Below are positions 40,503 to 49,098 of a stretch of DNA of 64,000 bases, one piece after another. A program made the position numbers and the translations under genes. Below the pieces are notes generated by a model. That model saw only the letters and a program-made list of their open reading frames with translations, searched no databases and had not been told where the DNA came from. Position 1 is the stretch's first letter. The number at the start of each line of letters is the position of its first letter. The stretch lies in assembly GCA_965243025.1 (NCBI GenBank), contig CBDETY010000003.1:3808001-3872000 (forward strand). Reading direction: 5' to 3'. The stretch is from Candidatus Latescibacterota bacterium. GTDB taxonomy: Bacteria > Latescibacterota > UBA2968 > UBA8231.

Positions 40503-41366
40503 ATGTCTACCATGTCCCAATGGATGTCGTGGATGTCGATACCAGTCGCGTTTTCCCTCTCGTTGCCAGTGCAAGCACACAAGGGCGACAGAATCATTCC
40601 TGTCTTCGAGATCACCGATGAACAGCTGGAGCTGATCGACATCGAGGAGGGCAGCATCGACGAGTGGGAGGATTTCGGGGAACCCAGCCTGACGACTTTT
40701 GATTTTTCCAGGTTCAGTTACCCTGGTGGAGACGATCTGGCCCACGATATCTCCGACTTCGTTTTCAGAATCTGGCTGGGCTGGAACGGCACACACAACC
40801 GGATTTACGGAAGCATCCAGGCTGCGGATGATTCGTACCGGGGTTTCGATGATGCAATCAGAGTAGACGGGCTGCACTACATGGTCGATGGCGATCATTC
40901 CGGTGGCGGTGATACTGAGCAAGATGCGAAGCAGGCTCAGGTTTTCTCGATTTATGCCGAAACAAGGGATACTCTGAACAACGACATGTGGCTTTTATAC
41001 TACGATGAATGTGAGTGGTGCACGCGCCCGCCGTACGCCGAAGCAGGATCCGGAATCCTCGGGGAGAACCCCGTTTTCTGGGTTATCGAGTTCTACGCGA
41101 CCCCCTTCGACTTGCTGATATGGGACGACCCGGAAGCCAGCATGGTTTCGACTCTGGAGGCCGGGAAGGTTATCGGGCTGTCCATAAACGTGGCCGATAG
41201 CGACACGGACGGTAAGGAATGGGATCTGCATCGATTTATCCCCGGTGGTACGACTGCTGATACCTTCGCCGACGGGCTGTTGGTGGGAAAGCAGGGGGTT
41301 GCAGAGGATGACAGCGTTGTAGAGTCGGCGACATGGGCAAGGATCAAGGCCTCGCTCAATTTCTGA
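40503..41366 (+). CDS. Secreted CBM9/DOMON-like protein with C-terminal WARIKA tail (paralogue 4)
   Basis: Signal peptide ..PVQA-H, FRIWLGW, VDGDHSGG, PPYAEAGSGILGENP, ends SVVESATWARIKASLNF. Confidence 0.85.
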   Translation: MSTMSQWMSWMSIPVAFSLSLPVQAHKGDRIIPVFEITDEQLELIDIEEGSIDEWEDFGEPSLTTFDFSRFSYPGGDDLAHDISDFVFRIWLGWNGTHNRIYGSIQAADDSYRGFDDAIRVDGLHYMVDGDHSGGGDTEQDAKQAQVFSIYAETRDTLNNDMWLLYYDECEWCTRPPYAEAGSGILGENPVFWVIEFYATPFDLLIWDDPEASMVSTLEAGKVIGLSINVADSDTDGKEWDLHRFIPGGTTADTFADGLLVGKQGVAEDDSVVESATWARIKASLNF

Positions 41367-41413
41367 TGGCATAACCCCGACCCCGAAACCCGCGAAGAAA
41401 GGAAGCAACAGGC

Positions 41414-42373
41414 ATGTATGTAGGAGTGCAGGGCATAGGAACATCGAAGACGGAGCTGGATTTCCTCAGGCGCCACGGCGTCACCCACATGGACACCACC
41501 ATCGATCCCGACGACCTCGACCAGATCGTCAGGCAGCGGGAGGAGGCCGCGGCCGAAGGGGTGGAGCTCGAGATGATCCACATCCCGATGCCGGAAAGCA
41601 TCCCGTTCGCCCGCGACCCGCAGCGGGACCGCGACATCGACGCGATTTGCGGATGGATCGCCAACGCGGGAAAGGCCGGGCTGCGCGGGCTCAACTACAA
41701 CTTCACCCCGGTCGGGTACCAGCGGACGGAGATGCGCTACGGCCGCGGGGGTTCCGGTTACAGCTCGTTCGAGTTCTCAAAGTACGACAACGACGAGCCG
41801 CACGAGGCCGGGCGCGTCGACCACGACGAGATCTTCGCCCGCATTCGCTACTTCCTGGAGCGGGTGATTCCGGTGGCGGAGGAGTACGGGGTCCAGATGG
41901 CCTGCCACCTTCCCGACCCGCCGGCGCCGGTGCTGCGCGGGGAGGAACGCTGGAACTACCCGGTATTCGAGGGCCTCAAGCGATTCAGCGAGCTGGTCGA
42001 CAGCCCCTTCCACGGCTTCAACTTCTGTTGCGGGGTCGCCTCCGAGGGGCTGGAGGACCCGGGGAAGGAGCTGCCGTCGATCGTCGAGTACTTCTCCTCG
42101 AAAAAGAAGATCTTCAACGTCCACTTCCGTAACATTCGCGGGGGACTCGGCGATTTCGTCGAGGTCTGGCCGGACGAAGGGGACGTCGACATGCATGAGC
42201 TGGCGAGGATCTTCCACCGGACCGGGTATCCGTACATGCTGATGCCCGACCACTCCCCCGTGCACCCGGACGACGTCGCTCCGGAAGGCGTTTCCGGCCG
42301 CGTCCGGCAGGGGTGGGCGTTCCAGTTCGGGTACATCATCGCCCTGATCCAGGCGGTCTCCAAGGAGACGTGA
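41414..42373 (+). CDS. Mannonate dehydratase (UxuA)-like protein
   Basis: LNYNF, FLERVIPVAEEYGVQMACHLPDPP, VHFRNIRG, DEGDVDM, LMPDHSP. Confidence 0.85.
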   Translation: MYVGVQGIGTSKTELDFLRRHGVTHMDTTIDPDDLDQIVRQREEAAAEGVELEMIHIPMPESIPFARDPQRDRDIDAICGWIANAGKAGLRGLNYNFTPVGYQRTEMRYGRGGSGYSSFEFSKYDNDEPHEAGRVDHDEIFARIRYFLERVIPVAEEYGVQMACHLPDPPAPVLRGEERWNYPVFEGLKRFSELVDSPFHGFNFCCGVASEGLEDPGKELPSIVEYFSSKKKIFNVHFRNIRGGLGDFVEVWPDEGDVDMHELARIFHRTGYPYMLMPDHSPVHPDDVAPEGVSGRVRQGWAFQFGYIIALIQAVSKET

Positions 42374-42588
42374 GCAGGGCCGGCCGGGGTCGCCCCGGGG
42401 CCGGAGGGGTTGAACGTATTATCCGGAAGGCCGGCCGCAGCCGGGGCGGGACCATTTCCCGGGATTCGGGCTCACAGGGGGCTCGCTCCCGGTCCCGGAA
42501 CCGGCATGCCCGCCATTCAACAGAGCAGCAGACCAGCGCTTTCACCAGACACCACGCCGGCCGCACCGGCGCGGAAGGAGAGCAATCG

Positions 42589-43395
42589 ATGAGGATCGGG
42601 ATTCACATGGGGTACAGCAGCGCCGACCAGGTCGCCGCGGAGTGCCGCGCCTGCGGCGTCGGCGAGATCTTCCTCAGCGCCAACTCGGTCCCCGGGTCCT
42701 ACGAGCACGGCCACGCGACCGCGGGGGAGTTCACCAGGGTCATCGAGGAGCTGCGGAAGAGGGACGTCCTCGTCTCCGGGGTGATCCTGTCTCCCCCCTC
42801 GCAGGAGGCGGTGCTGGGAACGGCCCCCGAAGAACGCAAGGCTCTCTGCGAGACCATCCGCGCCGCCGGACGGGCGGGCATCGACACCTCCCTGTTCTAT
42901 CCGCTGGACCGCTTCCTCCACTTCCATGAATACCACGAGGGCCGGCCGCTGATGGTGATGCCGGGGGACGAGGACTGGGGGAAGGTGGTCGCCTTCTTGA
43001 GGGAGGTGGTGGCCGCCGCTGACGAGGTCGGCCTGAGGCTGGGGAATCACCTTTGGGCGGTCGACGTCGTGCACTCGATCTGGGAGGCGGCGCCCAGCCC
43101 CAACAACGGGGTTACCTACTGCCAGGGGATGTGGCTGATCGGCGAGGACCCGCACACCCCGGCCGAGACCTGGGGCATGGACCGGATCTTCTTCGCCCAC
43201 GCCCGCAACCAGGTCAGGACGGGGCCGGCGCTGATGGACCACGACGAGGTGCCGCTGGAAAGCGGCGACGTCGACATGGCCCGCTGCGTGCGCGCCCTGC
43301 AGGACAACCAGTACGAAGGGGTGATCATCCCCGAGCACCTGGGGCCGCAGAGCACGGCGGACGCGGTCCGCTACCTCAAGGGGCTGATCGCCTGA
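42589..43395 (+). CDS. UxuA/xylose-isomerase-like TIM barrel protein
   Basis: FAHARN, PLESGDVDM, YEGVIIPEH; AAGGAG RBS. Confidence 0.8.
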   Translation: MRIGIHMGYSSADQVAAECRACGVGEIFLSANSVPGSYEHGHATAGEFTRVIEELRKRDVLVSGVILSPPSQEAVLGTAPEERKALCETIRAAGRAGIDTSLFYPLDRFLHFHEYHEGRPLMVMPGDEDWGKVVAFLREVVAAADEVGLRLGNHLWAVDVVHSIWEAAPSPNNGVTYCQGMWLIGEDPHTPAETWGMDRIFFAHARNQVRTGPALMDHDEVPLESGDVDMARCVRALQDNQYEGVIIPEHLGPQSTADAVRYLKGLIA

Positions 43396-43509
43396 GCGGC
43401 CTGCGGGCGGCAGACGCGGCTGACAGGGGAGTGAAGTTTCTCCCCCGCCTTGCTGCTGCAAGCGGGCAACCCGAGTCCGCTCGGCCCAGGATACTCCGCC
43501 CCGGCGCCG

Positions 43510-44949
43510 CTATTTCTCCAGGAGCGCCGGCCCATCAGCGGTATACGTGAACTCCGCCATGCGGTAGTCGAAGCGGAGGGAGTACAGCTCCCCCTCGCGC
43601 ACTTTCACCTCCAGTATTACGGGCCGGCCCTTCAGCTCATCCAGGTCCTCCCGCTCCTGCCAGCGCACCACCCCGGCCACCGCGTCGCCGTTGATCGGCA
43701 CGCATTCCTCCAGGTTGTAGCGGGGCAGCGGTTCCAGCGTCCGGTAGTCGAGCAGCGCCGCCCTTGCCTCGCCGGTGGGAGCGGTGCGGACATTGGCGAT
43801 CAAGCGGCCTCCTGCGGGTATCAACGACTTCGTCTGGATGCGTCCGTACCTCGCCCGCGTCCTCAGGTAGTTCCAGCCGTCGAGGCGCATCTCGTACTGA
43901 AAGGTCTTCCAGGTGGTCGCTTCGGTGCGGCGCTCTTCGGGGATCTCCTCGTCGTGGGCGCCGTGCTCGACCCCCTGGCCCATGCAGTGAAACAGCAGGC
44001 GGTCGTCCGCGGTGCGCATCGGCGCGGAGGGATAGACCGAGCCTCCGAAGAAGCTGCCCGCCCCGGTGCGCGGCAGGAACGGCTCGCGGCGGGCCCGGTA
44101 CCAGTTCTGGCCGTTGTAGCTGTAGGCGAGCTCGGTCTGGGTGGTGCCCTGCATCTTGCCCGGCGACTCGATTTCGGAAGGCTCGGTATCGTAGACAGCC
44201 AGGTGGGCGACATACATGTCGTCGAGGGGAATCGGGTCGATGCCGTAGAACTCGCGGTTGGGCGGGTCCAGTGCGTCCGGCTGCAGGACGACGGTCGGCT
44301 CGCCGAAGCTGTTCAGGTCCGGCGAAAGCAGCATGGCGACGCGCCTGTCGACGAAACGGGGCCGGCAGTAGATGCGGTACTGGCCGATGACGGGGTCCCA
44401 GATCGCCGGATTTCCGGTGTCGCTCAGGTAGTCGATCCACCGGGTGTCCACGTCGACATCGAACCGAAACCCGTCCTGCGAGAAGGCGACCGCACCCGGA
44501 GTGCGGGTGCCGTCGGCGGCGATGTAGCGGTACATGTTCATGAAACAGCCGCGCTCTTCGTGCGGGGTGCCGGTCAACGGCAGGATGTTGAAGCAGGCGA
44601 TCGGCTCGTCGTGCTGATCTGTTATGAGGTTGTCGGTGCGGCGCCAGATCGGGTCGCTCCCCTCGGACCAGGTCGGCGCTTCCCAGTGGCAGGGGTCGTC
44701 GGTTTCCATGCGCAGCGCGAACCGCGGGCTGCCGTCGGCCGGGTGGCAGTCGACAATGCCGAACCAGCACTCGCGGCGCTCGTCGTACCGGGTGCCGACC
44801 AGCCCGCGCAGGATCTTCAGCTCCGGGCGGGTGCCCAGCGGGATCTCGCGCAGCGGCTCGGGACTCCCCTGCTCGCGGTCGAACCCCTCGCGCAGCCGCA
44901 GCCGCCAGTCGTCGAAGAAGTGCAGGGAGGACGACGGCGCCTCAGTCAT
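43510..44949 (-). CDS. Hypothetical glycoside-hydrolase-like five-bladed beta-propeller
   Basis: LHFFDDW, WDPVIGQYRIYCR, PDALDPPNREFYG, ELAYSYNGQNW, MRLDGW; same type as the truncated 35734-36258 gene. Confidence 0.7.
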   Translation of the reverse strand: MTEAPSSSLHFFDDWRLRLREGFDREQGSPEPLREIPLGTRPELKILRGLVGTRYDERRECWFGIVDCHPADGSPRFALRMETDDPCHWEAPTWSEGSDPIWRRTDNLITDQHDEPIACFNILPLTGTPHEERGCFMNMYRYIAADGTRTPGAVAFSQDGFRFDVDVDTRWIDYLSDTGNPAIWDPVIGQYRIYCRPRFVDRRVAMLLSPDLNSFGEPTVVLQPDALDPPNREFYGIDPIPLDDMYVAHLAVYDTEPSEIESPGKMQGTTQTELAYSYNGQNWYRARREPFLPRTGAGSFFGGSVYPSAPMRTADDRLLFHCMGQGVEHGAHDEEIPEERRTEATTWKTFQYEMRLDGWNYLRTRARYGRIQTKSLIPAGGRLIANVRTAPTGEARAALLDYRTLEPLPRYNLEECVPINGDAVAGVVRWQEREDLDELKGRPVILEVKVREGELYSLRFDYRMAEFTYTADGPALLEK

Positions 44950-45856
44950 CGTACTGCTCTTTGGCGAAGCGGTGCTCCGGGGAGTACCCAGCCCCGCCTT
45001 CCAGAGGCATCAGCCCGCCGACGATTTCGCTGCGGCGCCCCATGCCTTCTTCGGGACTCATGTCGATACCGGCGAGTTCGGCGTCGGTCACCGGCAGGGT
45101 GTAGCGGACCATCGGAGTGAAGCGCTGGAACGGCTCGGCGTAGGCGACCGAGGCTTTCTGGCCGAAGCTCCCGTCCTCGGTCTCGGAGCGTTTGCGCGCA
45201 TACGGACCGCCGTAGTACTGGCTGCCGATCTGGTCGAGGGCCATGACTTTCTTTTCGATGACGTCGCTGATGTCGACGTAGAGGTCGACGCGGCAGGTGC
45301 TTGCGTACTCGAGGCTGTTGCTGCCCACATAGGCGATCGGGTTCATGAACCAGATGGCCGGAACCACGTGCCGTTGCTGGATGCCGCGGCCGGCGCCGTG
45401 GGCGAGCTGCCAGGCGTAGACCGTACACTGGCCGATGGTGCCGTGCATCTTGAGGCCGGCGGTCTCGTACGGGTGGTGGGTGATGATGACATCCGGCTTG
45501 ATCTCGCGTATCGCCGCGGCGATCGCCTCGATCTTGTCCTGGGTGACGAGGATGTCGTCGTCTTCGAACCCGAGGTCGCGGACGTCTTCGAACCCGAGAA
45601 TGCGGCAGGCTCGGCGGGTCTCCTCGAGCTTCTCCTTTACCGCGGCCTCGATGCGCGCCTCGACGTCGAAGGCGGCCCCCTTCCGGCGTTTTTCCTCGGC
45701 GAGCTGCCAGTGGTGGGAGCGCACCCCGGTGGTGGCGACCAGGGCGGTCACCTTGTCCCCCCGGGCGACGTGGTGGGCGGCGGTGCCCCCGGCCTGGTCG
45801 AAGCTGTCGGCCGGGTGGGCGGCCACGATGAGTATCTGGATCGGCCGGCTGGCCAT
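44942..45856 (-). CDS. PIG-L/LmbE family deacetylase-like protein with atypical metal motif
   Basis: ILIVAAHPAD, CRILG, IREIKPDVIITH, VDISDVIEKKVMAL, YAEPF. Confidence 0.85.
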   Translation of the reverse strand: MASRPIQILIVAAHPADSFDQAGGTAAHHVARGDKVTALVATTGVRSHHWQLAEEKRRKGAAFDVEARIEAAVKEKLEETRRACRILGFEDVRDLGFEDDDILVTQDKIEAIAAAIREIKPDVIITHHPYETAGLKMHGTIGQCTVYAWQLAHGAGRGIQQRHVVPAIWFMNPIAYVGSNSLEYASTCRVDLYVDISDVIEKKVMALDQIGSQYYGGPYARKRSETEDGSFGQKASVAYAEPFQRFTPMVRYTLPVTDAELAGIDMSPEEGMGRRSEIVGGLMPLEGGAGYSPEHRFAKEQYDD

Positions 45857-45871
45857 GGCGGTCTCCTTCGG

Positions 45872-46195
45872 TTATTGCTCCGCGGCGTCGCGCCGTTCCC
45901 GGCGCCCTTTCTCCCGGCGGCGGCGGCGCTTGTCGATGCGCTCCTGCCGCCTGCCGGCGCGGCCGGTCTTCGGGGTGGTCTTCGGAGCGACTTCGACGCG
46001 GCCCAGCGGCTCGGGGATCTCCTCCCCTTCGGCGCGGGCCCTTTCGATCCAGTCCGCCATCGCGGTCTGGACCTTTGCCAGCGCCTCCTCGCAGCTCTCC
46101 CCGAGGACCTCGAGGCCGTCGAGCTCCGGCACCTCGGCGACGAAGCCGCGGTCGTTGTCGCTCCAGTAGATGACGATCTGGTACCTCGGGTTCAC
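45872..46195 (-). CDS. HicB-like antitoxin (orphan) with Arg-rich tail
   Basis: YQIVIYWSDNDRGFVAEVPELDG...GESCEEAL..WIERARAEGEEIPEP. Confidence 0.8.
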   Translation of the reverse strand: MNPRYQIVIYWSDNDRGFVAEVPELDGLEVLGESCEEALAKVQTAMADWIERARAEGEEIPEPLGRVEVAPKTTPKTGRAGRRQERIDKRRRRREKGRRERRDAAEQ

Positions 46196-46335
46196 CGGCG
46201 TGGCTTTCCGCTGCTGATTGTGAAAGTCCTTTCGGAAGGAAAAGGCGGCTCGAGCGGAAGCAGCGCCCGGCCCGCGGAACTTCATACATTTCCGCCTCCA
46301 ACCACCTCGGCGCACATACTAACGGAGGCCAGCGC

Positions 46336-47436
46336 ATGTCACAACCACTGATAATCGACCTGCATCTCGACCTGGCGTGGGACGCCCTCTACTGGAACCG
46401 CGACCTGACGCTGACGGCGCACGAAGTCCGCGAGCAGGAGAGGAACGAGATCCCGCAGGTCGCCGACGACTACGACACCGGCTCCTGCACGGTGACCTAC
46501 CCGGAGATGCGGCGGGGCTCGGTCGGGATCATGCTCAGCACCATCATGTCGCGCACCGAGCCGCGCTACCGCAAGCGCCGCGACGGCATGCGCACCCAGG
46601 AGCAGGCGATCGCCATGGGCCGCGGCCATCTCGAGTACTACCGGGCCATGGCGCGGCGCGGGGAGATCGCCCCGGTGACCTCGCTCGCCGGTCTCGAGGC
46701 CGCGGTCGAGGCGTGGAAGGATCCGGCGCCCGGGACCCCGGTGTATCACATCCTGTCGATGGAGAGCGCCGACCCGATAGCCGACCCGGAGGACGTCGGC
46801 TTCTGGTGGGACGCCGGGCTGCGCGTCGTCGGGCCCGCCCACTTCGGGCACAACACCTACATCCACGGCACCTTCACCGAGGGCGGGCTGAAGCCGGCGG
46901 CGAAGGAGCTGTTCCGGGCGATGCGCGAGGCGGGGATCGTCCTCGACATCACCCACATGGCCGACCGGGCTGTGTGGGAGTCGTTCGACCTCTGGGACGG
47001 CCCGGTGATGGCCTCCCACTGCGTCAGCCGCTCGCTGGTTCCGGGTCAGCGGCACCTCACCGACGACATGATCGCCGAGCTGGTCCGGCGCGGCGGGATC
47101 ATCGGGCTGGTGTTCTGCCAGTACTTCATGAACCCGGAGTTCGAATGGACGGAGGAGCTGTTCCAGGTGCCGCGGGAGGCGAAGTTCGGGATGGAGGGGT
47201 TGCTGCCTCATGTGGAGCGGATTTCCGAGCTGGCGGGGGGGTCGCTGGCCAACGTCGCCATTGGCACCGACATGGACGGGGGGTTCGGGGCGGAGCTGAC
47301 CCCGACCGGGGTGGACACAATCGCCGACCTGCAGGGGTTTGCCGAGGTGCTGGGGAACGCCGGGATCGGAGGCGCCGAGATCGACGGCATCCTGCACGGG
47401 AACGCGCTGCGCTTCTTCCGCGAGGCGTGGTCCTGA
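46336..47436 (+). CDS. Membrane dipeptidase (peptidase M19) family
   Basis: IIDLHLD, SMESAD, LDITH, ASHC, AIGTDMDGG, GNALRFF. Confidence 0.9.
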   Translation: MSQPLIIDLHLDLAWDALYWNRDLTLTAHEVREQERNEIPQVADDYDTGSCTVTYPEMRRGSVGIMLSTIMSRTEPRYRKRRDGMRTQEQAIAMGRGHLEYYRAMARRGEIAPVTSLAGLEAAVEAWKDPAPGTPVYHILSMESADPIADPEDVGFWWDAGLRVVGPAHFGHNTYIHGTFTEGGLKPAAKELFRAMREAGIVLDITHMADRAVWESFDLWDGPVMASHCVSRSLVPGQRHLTDDMIAELVRRGGIIGLVFCQYFMNPEFEWTEELFQVPREAKFGMEGLLPHVERISELAGGSLANVAIGTDMDGGFGAELTPTGVDTIADLQGFAEVLGNAGIGGAEIDGILHGNALRFFREAWS

Positions 47437-47719
47437 GCGAGGGGAGGGCGGCGGGTGCCCGGCCGGGTAGCGGGCGAGCCGTCCGCAGCAGCAGACTCAA
47501 CTGCTCCGGCCAGGAACTGGAGAATGAGGGGAGTTCCCGGGGGCGGGGCGGGCGGATTTTTCGACGCCGTCACGGACGCGGGCGCATGCTGCGGGGTTTC
47601 GTCGGTGCCTTGGGTTAGCCTGGTGAGACTTTGCGGGGCGGCCCCTGACGGGACCGGAAGCGACATCACGGGTTCGGACCGACCAGCGCCGCGGCCATCC
47701 TTTCGGGGCGGCGGACGGC

Positions 47720-47924
47720 CCCGGGTTCCGGCGCTCGGGGATTTCAGGCCTGCCTGGGATTCCGGCAACTCGGGATAGCGGGCGGGAGGACAGGCGCGGG
47801 CGCACGGCGTTTCGTCCGTTTGACTTGTGATAGCCGGGCGAGACTCTGAGGCCGTTGCGGAGGTTGCCCGGGCTCCGGCGCTTCGGGGATTTCAGGGCCT
47901 GCCCGGAATTTCCAGCTACCCGGG
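47720..47924. repeat. Two imperfect ~55-bp intergenic direct repeats
   Basis: CCCGGG(T/C)TCCGGCGCT(T)CGGGGATTTCAGG(G)CCTGCC... at ~47720 and ~47867 between convergent genes. Confidence 0.7.
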
Positions 47925-47932
47925 GCGGATTC

Positions 47933-49018
47933 TCAGGCGCTTGCGGAAGTGGCGCTGAGGATGCGCCAGACGCCCCGGTCCCCAGGGGCGGTGCCGTCGC
48001 AGGCCTCGTAGAACATGCGGTAGCGCGGCGGCTCGCCGGCTTCTCCGGGCAGCTGCACGACGCACATCTCCGAGCACTTGACGCGGTCCAGCGGGCCGCC
48101 CGGCGCGATCACCGGCTCCGGCTCCTTGGTCCACTCCAGGCCGTCCTCGGACGCCGCCGTCAGCACGTACGCCCGGGTCGGGTCGCTGTACCCGGCGTAG
48201 TACATGCGGTACCCCCCGCCTTCGAGGCGCAGGACCTCCGGCGCGAACGCAGTGGCCGCCTCGTACGGCAGCTCCTGCTCGATCCGCTTGCCCGGCTCCA
48301 TGCGGAAGGTGAGGCCGCCGTCTTCTGAGAGGGCGCTGACGATGCCGCCGCTGCGGTCGCTGCAGTAGAGCCGGCAGCTGCCGCCGTCGAGGTGGAGCAG
48401 GCGGGGGGCGTTGAAGCTGCCCGAGTCGAGGCGCTCGCCGGGTTCCACCTGCCAGTCGAGACCGAACGCTCCTTGAGCGTTTCGGGGGAACGGCTTCGCC
48501 GTTCCCAAGGCGAACCCCTCGGCTTCGCCGTTCTCGGAGACGGCGCTGCGGATGGTGCTGCCCTCCTTCTGGGTCCCGGGGCAGCACTCGAAATACATCC
48601 GCAGCCTGCCGCCGCCCCCGGGAACCGGAACGACCTCGGGGCTGACGACGCGGAACTCCCCTGCCCCGCCGTCCCCTGGTGACAGGCGCACCCCGGGTTC
48701 CGGGGTCCAGGACGCCCCGTCCGCGGACACGGCGCTGAGGATACGGGCGGTGCAGTTGTCGTAATCGTTGGCGCCGGCCGGGTGCCCGGGCCGCGGGGTC
48801 ATCTGGGTGTAGTACATGCGGTACCCGCCCCCGGGAAGGGGGACGACGTTGGGGGAAACCGCGCCGCACAACCCGGTGCGGAGGGCTGCGGTCGGCCAGT
48901 GCGCTTCCGGCGCCGGGTCGGTGTCGTTGTCCGGAGGGGCGTCGATGGCGACGGCCTCGTCCTTTGTCCAGACGATGCCGGGGTCGGTGGCGACGGTATG
49001 GGGCTTTTCCGGGTTCAT
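47933..49018 (-). CDS. GH43/32/130-like beta-propeller repeat protein carrying a 22-aa in-frame insertion
   Basis: Repeated blades P.V....GGYRMYY...SA.S.DG..W..EPG.R. Confidence 0.8.
   Translation of the reverse strand: MNPEKPHTVATDPGIVWTKDEAVAIDAPPDNDTDPAPEAHWPTAALRTGLCGAVSPNVVPLPGGGYRMYYTQMTPRPGHPAGANDYDNCTARILSAVSADGASWTPEPGVRLSPGDGGAGEFRVVSPEVVPVPGGGGRLRMYFECCPGTQKEGSTIRSAVSENGEAEGFALGTAKPFPRNAQGAFGLDWQVEPGERLDSGSFNAPRLLHLDGGSCRLYCSDRSGGIVSALSEDGGLTFRMEPGKRIEQELPYEAATAFAPEVLRLEGGGYRMYYAGYSDPTRAYVLTAASEDGLEWTKEPEPVIAPGGPLDRVKCSEMCVVQLPGEAGEPPRYRMFYEACDGTAPGDRGVWRILSATSASA
48461..48529. repeat. 66-bp palindromic (multi-hairpin) element inserted in-frame
   Basis: Hairpins CCGAACGCTC/GAGCGTTTCGG and GGGAACGGC-TTC-GCCGTTCCC, plus a second CGGCTTCGCCG; interrupts the SENG|LDW blade motif. 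Confidence 0.75.
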
Positions 49019-49098
49019 GGTGGGGAATATGCCTAGGCTTGGTGGCCTCAACTGTTTCCGCGATTGGCCGGGGGGAGTGGTCGGGAGGGGTTTCCTGT

